Shown piece after piece: positions 51,332-59,722 of a stretch of 64,000 nt of DNA. The notes below the pieces were generated by a model. It was not told the DNA's origin. It did no database searches and was given only the letters and a program-made list of their open reading frames with translations. Source of the DNA: Candidatus Cloacimonadota bacterium. GTDB lineage: Bacteria > UBA4055. Both the position numbers and the translations under genes were made by a program. Location of the stretch: positions 70,178-134,177 of the forward strand of contig PDON01000060.1 in NCBI GenBank assembly GCA_002742935.1, given 5' to 3'. Position 1 is the first letter of the stretch; the number at the start of each line of letters is the position of its first letter.

Positions 51332-52903
51332 TTATAGTAATTCCATCTCTTCTACACTTGCTACTTCATAGCCTTTAACATTTCTATCATCTGAATCAAA
51401 AGCAACTCCAAGACAAATAATATCTCTTTCGTCATCCAAATATCGTTCATAATACTTTTTCTCTTTAATCTGTTTTAGAGCAGCCTTTGCATTACTCATC
51501 TTAAACTCCATTATATAAATATAATCTTTAGTTTTTACGACCGCATCAATTCGCCCATGATTGGTATTAACCTCCACATCAATCTGAACTCCTATAAACT
51601 TTAGAGCTAAATAAAGAACGGTATGGTAATAACTCTCTTTTTGATTGCTAGCAAGATTATTTGAAATATCTGCAAAAAGAACCCTAATACTTTTGATAAA
51701 ATCTTCAATTTTATTTTTTTTGAGAGCAATCATTAACCTATTAACCGTATCAGAATATTTCAAATTATGAAGTCCGGCAAATTCCGCTCCCAAGAAAAGG
51801 TAGAGAGAAGATCTTACTTCCATATTGGGATAACCCATTTGAAACGAAACAAACTCCTCATCCCTAATATATTCTTTAATGGTTAAATATCCGGTTTGAA
51901 ACAAAAGAACAGAGGTATCAATATTAGAAATTTCGTAAGAATCTAAAACGCTTCTAGAAATATTTATTTGATTATCATACTCTTTAACATCAATATCTTT
52001 TTCTTTAATTAGCTTGGTTAAAAATGTAGGAGTTCCGGATTTAAACCAAAAATTTTCAAATTCCAAAGAGTTAAAAAGATTTAAAACAGAATAAGGATTA
52101 TAAACAAAATTTTTAGCATCCCAAGAGTATCCATTGTACCAAAATTTTATTCTTTCTAATAATCTTTTTCTATCCCAATTATACTCTTCTTCGAGTTCAA
52201 TCAAATAATTTTCATAATTATCTATAATCTCCTCTTCTGTATATCCTGTAATATTAACATATTTTCTATTAATGGTAATATCTGTTAAATTATTAAGTTC
52301 TGAAAAAATTGAAACCCTACTAAATTTAGAAACTCCCGTGATAAACAAAAATCTAATATGAGCATCTAAATTTTTAAGGACAGAGTAGAAATTTTTCATA
52401 ATTTGTCTATTCTTTTCCGCTGTGTCTCGTGATTTTTCATCAATATAATCTATAATTGGTTTATCGTACTCATCTATCAAAATTGCAACAGGATTTTTTT
52501 TGCTAAGTTTTATTATTAGTTCTTGAAATTTTTCTTTTACAGTTATAGTTTCAAGCTTAACTTTGTGATTTTTTGCTATATCCTCTAGATTTTCTCGAAG
52601 AACAATATCTAAGCCCCTATTTGCATAATCTAAACTCGCCATACAAATCTTAATTATAGGAAATGTTTCAGCAAAATTATATTTATCCTCTATCCAAGTA
52701 TCTTTAAAAAGCTCTTTATTTCCTTGAAAAATTTCTTTAATAGTGTTTAGAAGTAAAGATTTTCCAAATCTTCTTGGGCGAGATAGGAAACAATAAGTTT
52801 CATTATTGATTAGTTCATAAATATACTCTGTTTTATCAACATAAACACAGTTTCTTTTTCTAAGCATTGATAACTCTTGAGTTCCAAGTCCAAGTTTTTT
52901 CAT
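51332..52903 (-). CDS. AAA-ATPase-like plus PD-(D/E)XK domain protein (paralog 3, tandem with paralog 2)
   Basis: As above. Confidence 0.7.
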   Translation of the reverse strand: MKKLGLGTQELSMLRKRNCVYVDKTEYIYELINNETYCFLSRPRRFGKSLLLNTIKEIFQGNKELFKDTWIEDKYNFAETFPIIKICMASLDYANRGLDIVLRENLEDIAKNHKVKLETITVKEKFQELIIKLSKKNPVAILIDEYDKPIIDYIDEKSRDTAEKNRQIMKNFYSVLKNLDAHIRFLFITGVSKFSRVSIFSELNNLTDITINRKYVNITGYTEEEIIDNYENYLIELEEEYNWDRKRLLERIKFWYNGYSWDAKNFVYNPYSVLNLFNSLEFENFWFKSGTPTFLTKLIKEKDIDVKEYDNQINISRSVLDSYEISNIDTSVLLFQTGYLTIKEYIRDEEFVSFQMGYPNMEVRSSLYLFLGAEFAGLHNLKYSDTVNRLMIALKKNKIEDFIKSIRVLFADISNNLASNQKESYYHTVLYLALKFIGVQIDVEVNTNHGRIDAVVKTKDYIYIMEFKMSNAKAALKQIKEKKYYERYLDDERDIICLGVAFDSDDRNVKGYEVASVEEMELL

Positions 52904-53088
52904 GATAATCTTCTCCTATTAGAATCATTTTATCTTATGTATAAAATAAAATAATTTTTTGTTAAAGGGAAAATAAAATTAGTTTGATAGTCTAAATTAG
53001 AGTATCAACTTTGATTCTTCTATAAGAGTTAGTAATAGTTTCATTGATTTTAGTCACCATCTTTAATAAGAGTGATATTTTTTAAAAC

Positions 53089-53439
53089 CTACATATTAAA
53101 TACAACAACTCCAATTACAATTATAAGTGTACTTAACAACTGATTTTTAGAAAAACTCTCTTTTAAAATAAAATAGGATAAAAAATTTACCACTACAAAG
53201 GTAAATGGTAAAAATATCACTCCATACTTTACATCTAAATATCTATAAACATATAAATTTAATAAAGTAACCACTAGCATAAGGAAATATCCTAGTATTG
53301 TAAACTTATTTAGATATATTGAAAGTTTTGAGTTTTGTTTGCTACTTCCTTTTTTTAGAAGTAGTTGGGCAAAACCTGTAAGCAAAACTCCAAGATAGCC
53401 TAAAATAATTAACATAAAATGAAAATTTGACCCAATCAT
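53089..53439 (-). CDS. small 4-TM SMR/EamA-like membrane protein, ArnE/ArnF-like flippase subunit
   Basis: 116 aa, 4 TM; C-terminal half resembles ArnE (GVIFLPFTFVVVNFLSYFILKESFS vs [27 protein letters not shown]); 4-nt overlap with the partner gene. Confidence 0.55.
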   Translation of the reverse strand: MIGSNFHFMLIILGYLGVLLTGFAQLLLKKGSSKQNSKLSIYLNKFTILGYFLMLVVTLLNLYVYRYLDVKYGVIFLPFTFVVVNFLSYFILKESFSKNQLLSTLIIVIGVVVFNM

Positions 53440-53807
53440 TTCAACCTTTCCTTTATATTCCCTTCTTCTCCCGAACTTAGAAGAAGTAGAACACCTAATA
53501 AAATAATAATAGTACCAACTATATTATTTGTTGATATCGTTTCTCCATAGAAAAAGTATCCTGAAAAAAGTACAACGGGATAGATTAAAGACATAAACAT
53601 ATAGGAGTAGGAAAGTTTAAAATATTTTAAAGCTAATTGCCAAAATATAGCTTGGAGAAAAAGTAAGAAAAGAACTGATAAATAGTAAACATTTGTTGAT
53701 ACTTCATAGAGAGTATATTCTTCCATTGATATAGAAGCCTTTTTTCCAACTATAATAGCTAAAGATTGGAATAGAAAAGAGAGGAATATAAAGAGATATT
53801 TAAACAT
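53436..53807 (-). CDS. small 4-TM SMR/EamA-like membrane protein, second ArnE/ArnF-like subunit
   Basis: 123 aa, 4 TM, paired with the previous gene as in arnE-arnF. Confidence 0.55.
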   Translation of the reverse strand: MFKYLFIFLSFLFQSLAIIVGKKASISMEEYTLYEVSTNVYYLSVLFLLFLQAIFWQLALKYFKLSYSYMFMSLIYPVVLFSGYFFYGETISTNNIVGTIIILLGVLLLLSSGEEGNIKERLK

Positions 53808-53812
53808 AATTT

Positions 53813-54508
53813 TTATTCTATAACTTTATAATACCAAAAAGATACAGAGTTGACCTTAAATCCATTTCTAATATAAAAGTTTTGAGCTTTAATGTTTGTT
53901 CCTTGGGTAGAAACGAATAATTTAGCAACATCATTCTCAATTAGTTTTTCCATTAGCATATTAATAAGAATTGAAGCAAATCCTTTATTACTAAATTTTG
54001 GATTAGAACCAACAAGTCCAATAGTGGCTATATCCTTTTCAATTTTAACAGTAATAAAAGAGCAAATATTTTTATCTTGACTTAAAACTAAACAGAAATC
54101 ATCAAATGTTCCTAGTACCGCTTTTTTTATCCAGGTACTATAAAGTTTTTCTGAATCATGTTTAGAAAAAGGCTTATGATTATATCTTGATTTTTTATAA
54201 ATTATCTTAGTGAAGTTTTGTAGAGTTTCAATATCACTAATATCAGCTTTTCTTATTCTTAGATTGGGATCTAATTTAATTTTTTGTTTTATACTTTTAG
54301 TTAAATTTTTATAAAAAGTAATATTTAATTCTACAAATTTAAAGTCAAGATATTCAAGCATTGATATTCTGTCTATATAGCTAATATCTACAGAAGATTG
54401 AATCAGATCAAACATATGTTCCTCTTCTACCTGGAATCTAGAAGAGGCATCAAAATCGCCAATTTTCATAGAAAAAAACTCAGAATCCCACACCAGTTTT
54501 TTAATCAT
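53813..54508 (-). CDS. wecD: GNAT-family sugar N-acetyltransferase, WecD-like (dTDP-4-amino-4,6-dideoxyhexose N-acetyltransferase)
   Basis: KLYSTWIKKAVLGTFDDFCLVL matches E. coli WecD [22 protein letters not shown] as recalled; C-terminal GNAT motifs; 231 aa vs 224 aa. Confidence 0.65.
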   Translation of the reverse strand: MIKKLVWDSEFFSMKIGDFDASSRFQVEEEHMFDLIQSSVDISYIDRISMLEYLDFKFVELNITFYKNLTKSIKQKIKLDPNLRIRKADISDIETLQNFTKIIYKKSRYNHKPFSKHDSEKLYSTWIKKAVLGTFDDFCLVLSQDKNICSFITVKIEKDIATIGLVGSNPKFSNKGFASILINMLMEKLIENDVAKLFVSTQGTNIKAQNFYIRNGFKVNSVSFWYYKVIE

Positions 54509-55436
54509 TTAATCTTTCCTTTACAATATATAAAGGTCTCTTTTTTACTTGCTCAAAAATTTTACCAACATATATTCCCACTACACCAAGTGTCATTATT
54601 ATAAGTCCTGAAAGTAGCCATACAGAAGCAATTAAACTAGACCAACCCTCTACAGGTGTTTTATAGATATAATATCTTAGTACAATATAAAACACATATA
54701 TGAATGATAAAAAGGATATACTTATACCCATACTAACAATAATTTTAAGAGGCTTATCTGTAAAACTCAAAAAAGAATCAAGGGCTAATTTTAATAGTTT
54801 TCTAAATGTATAGCTTGTTTTTCCATGTTGACGAGAAGAATGTTTAACATCAATAGATACTCTTTTGAATCCAACGTACTGTACCATTACAGGGAAATAT
54901 CTTATGGAATCATTTAAAGAGCATATACTATTTATCACTTTCCTACTATATATGCCAAAGTTTGCAATTTTCTCATCTTGCTTAGTTTCAGTTAAAAAAC
55001 TAAGAGTTTTATAAAATATGAAAGAAGATACTTTTTTCAAGTAGCTATCATGTCTAATAGTTCGTTGACCTAATACAGAATCATAACCTTCCAAAGCCTT
55101 ATTATACATCTTCTCTATCTCTTCCGGCTGATCTTGAAGATCTCCATCCATAACCACAACCCAGTTTCCCGAAGAGTAGTCTAAGCCTGCTGTAATAGCA
55201 TAATGTTGACCAAAATTTCTTGAAAGGTTTATGCCAATAACTTTTTTATCTCTACTTACTAAATTATAAATTACACTCCAATCATTTTCCGGACTTGCAT
55301 CGTTTACTAAAATTATTTCGAAAGAGGGTACTATTTTTTCTAAGGTATCAACAAGCCTTCTATAAAGTTCTTCCAAGCTTTGCTCACATTTATAGCAAGG
55401 AACTACTACAGATATTTCAGGATTATTATTTTTCAT
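54501..55436 (-). CDS. GT2 polyprenyl-phosphate glycosyltransferase (ArnC/GtrB/DPM1-like) with two C-terminal TM helices
   Basis: SVVVPCYKCEQSL...ILVNDASPEN...NFGQHYAITAGL...VMDGDLQDQPEEI closely parallels ArnC motifs (DxD = DGD). Confidence 0.85.
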   Translation of the reverse strand: MKNNNPEISVVVPCYKCEQSLEELYRRLVDTLEKIVPSFEIILVNDASPENDWSVIYNLVSRDKKVIGINLSRNFGQHYAITAGLDYSSGNWVVVMDGDLQDQPEEIEKMYNKALEGYDSVLGQRTIRHDSYLKKVSSFIFYKTLSFLTETKQDEKIANFGIYSRKVINSICSLNDSIRYFPVMVQYVGFKRVSIDVKHSSRQHGKTSYTFRKLLKLALDSFLSFTDKPLKIIVSMGISISFLSFIYVFYIVLRYYIYKTPVEGWSSLIASVWLLSGLIIMTLGVVGIYVGKIFEQVKKRPLYIVKERLND

Positions 55437-55626
55437 TGTTTTTTATTGAGAATTAAAGGTAATATTTCAATCTAGCTTATTTAAAATTATAACTACACCC
55501 ACAAATAGATTATAATTAATAATTTTTTGTTTCACAAGATCAAATATTTAATAGCTTTACCAATTAGATTTAATCTATACAATCTTAACTAGAATCTACT
55601 GGAAATTCTTCGTCTTTAAGAGATTT

Positions 55627-56505
55627 TTAATTATCTATAGATGAAGTTTTATACTTTTTTGATGCAACCACAGTAAAACCACTAGCACAATTTTTTGCCA
55701 ACTTGTTATGTTTTAAAATAATATCAAGAAACTTTACAGGAAATGTAATAACCATGAGAACTATATAAATTACAGAATAGAGAGGTCTATAACCAAATGA
55801 TAGTACTACAGCAATATAATCTTGTAGTATCCAAAGTAACCCGGAAGTAGGCCCTCCTGCAGTGTAAAGATTTTCAATATTATATTCCTTAAATAAGATT
55901 TTCATACCCTCATATGTTCTTCTACTATAATCATAAGGACTTGCATGAAAGCCTTGCATAAAAGGGAAAAAACAGATAATCTTGCCTCCCGGTTTTAAGA
56001 TTCTATAAAACTCTTTAACAACTTTTTCTGGGTTAGTCACATGCTCCAATACTGCTATATTTATTATATTATCCACACTATTATCTTTTATGGGAATATT
56101 ATCAATATCACAACTCATATCTACATTATCATAAGGGAAAATATCTACATTTGAAACATTATCAGAAACATTACTGTTCCCACTTCCAAAATTTATAGAC
56201 ACTTTATTTATTCCATTAACATTTTCATCTATAAATTTTTTCAAATAATTATCGGGACAAACAGGGCTTATAACATTAATTAAAAAAGAGTATAATTTAT
56301 GATACTTCTTAAAAAAATATTTTAACTTATCTAAGCTATCACTTATCTCAGATTCTTCAAAATATTTAAATAGTATCTTATTATTAGATATTTCTATCTT
56401 TGCCTTACACTCATTACAAGATATACTAGTCGGGTTTTCCGTAAAGGATCCCCCACACTTAGTACACTTCAATATTTCAATTTCAATATTTCTACCCATT
56501 ATCAA
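55627..56505 (-). CDS. class I SAM-dependent methyltransferase with N-terminal Cys4 zinc-ribbon
   Basis: CTKCGG...CNEC ribbon; methyltransferase motifs (INFGSG; VLEHV...PGGKIICFFP). Confidence 0.6.
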   Translation of the reverse strand: MIMGRNIEIEILKCTKCGGSFTENPTSISCNECKAKIEISNNKILFKYFEESEISDSLDKLKYFFKKYHKLYSFLINVISPVCPDNYLKKFIDENVNGINKVSINFGSGNSNVSDNVSNVDIFPYDNVDMSCDIDNIPIKDNSVDNIINIAVLEHVTNPEKVVKEFYRILKPGGKIICFFPFMQGFHASPYDYSRRTYEGMKILFKEYNIENLYTAGGPTSGLLWILQDYIAVVLSFGYRPLYSVIYIVLMVITFPVKFLDIILKHNKLAKNCASGFTVVASKKYKTSSIDN

Positions 56506-58588
56506 TTACCTTTTCTAATTTGAAAACTTGAAACATACTATTTTCAAAAACTAAATTATAACTCTTATCTTTCATCCAAAATCTCAAATAATCCTCTTTT
56601 CTTAAATATCCTAACCAAACTTTATCTTTTTTCTTATAACTTTCATCAGCTAAAGGCCAATTAGGATTTCTGGTAAATTTAGATGAAAAAACAATGTATA
56701 CAGGTTTTTTCTTTTGGCTATTTTTATCAAACTCCTTTCTAAAAGATGTAAAAGTCAAGCAATCATGCCAAGGATTATTTGTTATACAATTAATTTCAGT
56801 TAAATAGTAAAACATAGGGATCCAACCTATAAAAACACCCGGTGTATTATTTCGTTCATAATTTTCTTTCTCAAAAAACCTTAGGAAATCATCTACAACT
56901 TCTACTCTTTGAGGAAAAGTGTGTATTCCATATAGTCCTTTTGCACTAAACATATTAATTAATAGCGACCTATCTGACAAATCTCTATGGGAATTATTAT
57001 AGTTTTTAGGATTCAAAGATGAGAAAACTATAAAAGAGACTACTATTATTGTAAAATAGCTAAAATTAAGAGTAATATTTTTATTTACTGTATATTTTCT
57101 TTCATCTACAAGTATTGCTAAAGGTATTGAAAGTAGTAGTAAGGCTGACCCCGCTCTACAAATAATATTGAAAGAGAGTAGAGATCCCGGGAAAGAGAAA
57201 AGGGCAAGCATAGTTGTAACTATTATTAACTTTTTAACACCATCCTTAATACTATGCAGAATTAAAACATAAAACAGTGAAACCAAAATTAATATAGAAA
57301 CTAGAAACTCTAAATTTATTTCAAGATTATAATGTGATAAAAAGTATATAAAAAATGTAGATATAAATGAAAAAACAGACCTAGTAACAATACCACTTAT
57401 CTTTGAAGTAATAATCCAAAGGATTACTGTAAAAAAGAATATATACGGTATTGATCTATGTATTAGTTTCCATAAATTAGTAAAATAGATTTTAAATAGC
57501 TTAGATACAACATAATTATCATTTTCGGATTTATAAATAGGATCACACCTTAAGCTATCCTGTTTTAATGAGTCGGTTAAATAGAAAAAGGAATCAGAAC
57601 TTATATTTCCAACAGATGAAGACTCTTTATCTTTTTTGAAATTAATAATTTGGTCATAAACTTTATGGTACTCATCACTTTTAATCTCTGGCTTACTTAA
57701 GTTTTCTTTTACATATGTAAAGTAAGGATTTATGCTATTTAATTGAAACATTATTAAAAAAGCTAAACCAAAACTTAAAAGATAACCCAAATAGATGTTT
57801 CCTAAGGTTTTAACAGGCTTTTTATTATTCTTAGAATCAAGAGCAAAAATAACAAGTGGCAAAATTAATATAGGTATATAATTAAATTTTAAAAATATAC
57901 AAAATCCCCAAAAAAAGCCAGCTACAATTTCAGCTTTTATTTTAGAAGGGTACTTAAGAAAGAAATAGAAGCCAATAATGGAGAAAAGATATGGTAAATT
58001 ATCATAATTAACTGAAAGATAGTAGTTGTACTGTATGAAAAAGAATATCATAAAGTAAAATATAAAAAAATGGGTTAATTTCTTGAAGTAGATTTCATAT
58101 ATTTTATAAGAAAACATTATTATCATTGAAACAACAATCACATAACCAACTCTTCCCCATAAAACAGAAGGAGTATTTATAATTTTTAACCATAATCCAT
58201 ATATAAAACTTGTACCAATTAGAAAATCACTATTTTCATAAGTTGTATTAGTCAGTAATCCCCATGCCTTTGATAGATGGAAACCTGTATCCGTAACATC
58301 AAATGTTTTAAAAATTCTTTGAAATGTATATACAATTGTTGTCACATAAAGTATAATTTTTCTATTTTTGTCTATAAACTCTTTGGGAGTAACTTTTGAA
58401 AAAGCAAATAAAAAAAATGGAATGGAGCCAAATATGTACAACAAGAACTCAATGTAAAAGAAAGAGTAATCACTATAGCCAAAATTGTTTAAAATTTTAT
58501 CTTGGGATAGGGTTAAGAATTGTATTGGAGATTTAATTATCAAAACTAAAAAAACTATTATAAGCAATACGAGTTTGATGTATTTCAT
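56492..58588 (-). CDS. large polytopic membrane protein with C-terminal soluble domain; candidate GT-C-fold glycosyltransferase (ArnT/PMT/TfpW-like) or, alternatively, Wzy_C-type oligosaccharyltransferase
   Basis: 698 aa; about 12-14 TM segments in the first 520 aa, acidic motif (FDVTDTG) in the first extracytoplasmic loop; about 180-aa C-terminal domain; immediately downstream of the pilin gene. Confidence 0.45.
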   Translation of the reverse strand: MKYIKLVLLIIVFLVLIIKSPIQFLTLSQDKILNNFGYSDYSFFYIEFLLYIFGSIPFFLFAFSKVTPKEFIDKNRKIILYVTTIVYTFQRIFKTFDVTDTGFHLSKAWGLLTNTTYENSDFLIGTSFIYGLWLKIINTPSVLWGRVGYVIVVSMIIMFSYKIYEIYFKKLTHFFIFYFMIFFFIQYNYYLSVNYDNLPYLFSIIGFYFFLKYPSKIKAEIVAGFFWGFCIFLKFNYIPILILPLVIFALDSKNNKKPVKTLGNIYLGYLLSFGLAFLIMFQLNSINPYFTYVKENLSKPEIKSDEYHKVYDQIINFKKDKESSSVGNISSDSFFYLTDSLKQDSLRCDPIYKSENDNYVVSKLFKIYFTNLWKLIHRSIPYIFFFTVILWIITSKISGIVTRSVFSFISTFFIYFLSHYNLEINLEFLVSILILVSLFYVLILHSIKDGVKKLIIVTTMLALFSFPGSLLSFNIICRAGSALLLLSIPLAILVDERKYTVNKNITLNFSYFTIIVVSFIVFSSLNPKNYNNSHRDLSDRSLLINMFSAKGLYGIHTFPQRVEVVDDFLRFFEKENYERNNTPGVFIGWIPMFYYLTEINCITNNPWHDCLTFTSFRKEFDKNSQKKKPVYIVFSSKFTRNPNWPLADESYKKKDKVWLGYLRKEDYLRFWMKDKSYNLVFENSMFQVFKLEKVIDNG

Positions 58589-58602
58589 ATATTTGACCTT
58601 TT

Positions 58603-58632
58603 TAAATAAAAAAAGCCAATCCGAGGATTGGC
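58603..58632 (-). terminator. rho-independent terminator directly after the pilin gene (minus strand)
   Basis: On the minus strand: GCCAATCC-TC-GGATTGGC hairpin followed by T7. Confidence 0.65.
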
Positions 58633-58654
58633 CTTATGTTAAAAACAGCTTTTG

Positions 58655-59002
58655 TTAGAATGCAGTACTCTGTGCAGATACGCCTGTACCTGATCTAGTA
58701 GGTGTAACAGTAATAACACCAGTTTGATTATCACCATTCAAGCTAACAGATATAGAGCTTATTTGAGCATTAGCCACACCTGTTGTCCAAGCTTTTAAAC
58801 CTTGAACACTAGCTTCTGTAATATCTCCCTTTGAAGCAACTAAAGCAGCTGCTTCAGCAGCTACAGTTGCAGCCATATTTTGAGCAACTTGCATTGCTGC
58901 ATCATCAATATATTTTTGATATGCAGGAACCGCTACAGCAGCCAGGATAGCTACGATCACAGCCACAACCATTACCTCAATTAAAGTAAAACCTTTTTTC
59001 AT
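58655..59002 (-). CDS. type IVa pilin (prepilin with class III signal peptide)
   Basis: MKKGFTLIEVMVV N-terminus (Gly-1, Phe+1, Glu+5); 115 aa; Ala-rich N-terminal helix; Ser/Thr-rich C-terminal half, no Cys; GGAGGAAG RBS; locally GC-enriched. Confidence 0.8.
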   Translation of the reverse strand: MKKGFTLIEVMVVAVIVAILAAVAVPAYQKYIDDAAMQVAQNMAATVAAEAAALVASKGDITEASVQGLKAWTTGVANAQISSISVSLNGDNQTGVITVTPTRSGTGVSAQSTAF

Positions 59003-59569
59003 TTCTCTCTTCCTCCATTTTAAATTGTTGTTCGCCCAAAACGGGCACAGTTTACTTAAACAATCGCATAGGACTATGCAATCAATAATAATTATGACAA
59101 ACTAGGAGTAAACTGCGTACTTAACTTTTTAAGTATACATTATATTACCCCCGACATAATTAATATCATATTTTTTTATACCCTTGTCAAGCTCTTTATT
59201 TTTACTTTTGGGAATACATTTTTCAGCTAAAATGGAAGTTGTGAAACTACTATAAATTATAAACACAATTCCTCTTTGTTATTTTTTATTTATTGTTTTT
59301 ATTTTTAATAAAACTATTTAGATAGGATACAGTACTGTATTATACTTTAATCTAAAACACTTTTATGTTATAAGCAACTTATTATAGAATTTTTTTTAAA
59401 TAAATTATACAAACATTCCTATTTTCATAACTAAAATTCCACTGTAGGTGATTTTCCTTCAAAATTCCTATTCCAGAACTAACCAAAGTTTTGCAATTTA
59501 ACCTGAGTTCGATATAAAACAAATACCTATTTTATGTAATAATTAAAATTAGAAATATATCCTGTGTGT

Positions 59570-59640
59570 GTACCCTGAGGTTCTCGAAGGGTATAACTAT
59601 ATGATTATAGTTTTCGTTCCCTTCGAGAGCCTCAGGGTAC
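59570..59640. repeat. 22-bp GC-rich inverted repeat (GTACCCTGAGGTTCTCGAAGGG / CCCTTCGAGAGCCTCAGGGTAC) with a nested 7-bp AT palindrome in the 27-nt loop
   Basis: Arms pair at 22 of 22 positions on the + strand (one G-U wobble); sits in an otherwise AT-rich intergenic region. Confidence 0.7.
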
Positions 59641-59722
59641 TCTCTTTTCTATGGATATCTATACTTATTACATTAAATATTAGTTAAATGCTTATGTCGA
59701 ACTCAGATTTTTTCAATAAATC

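Noticed and set aside
59003-59560. Sigma-54 (-24 GG / -12 GC) promoter upstream of the type IV pilin gene, as in many pilA loci
   Set aside because: No TGGCAC-N5-TTGCA-like match found on the minus strand within 550 bp; only weak sigma-70-like hexamers, so no promoter is claimed
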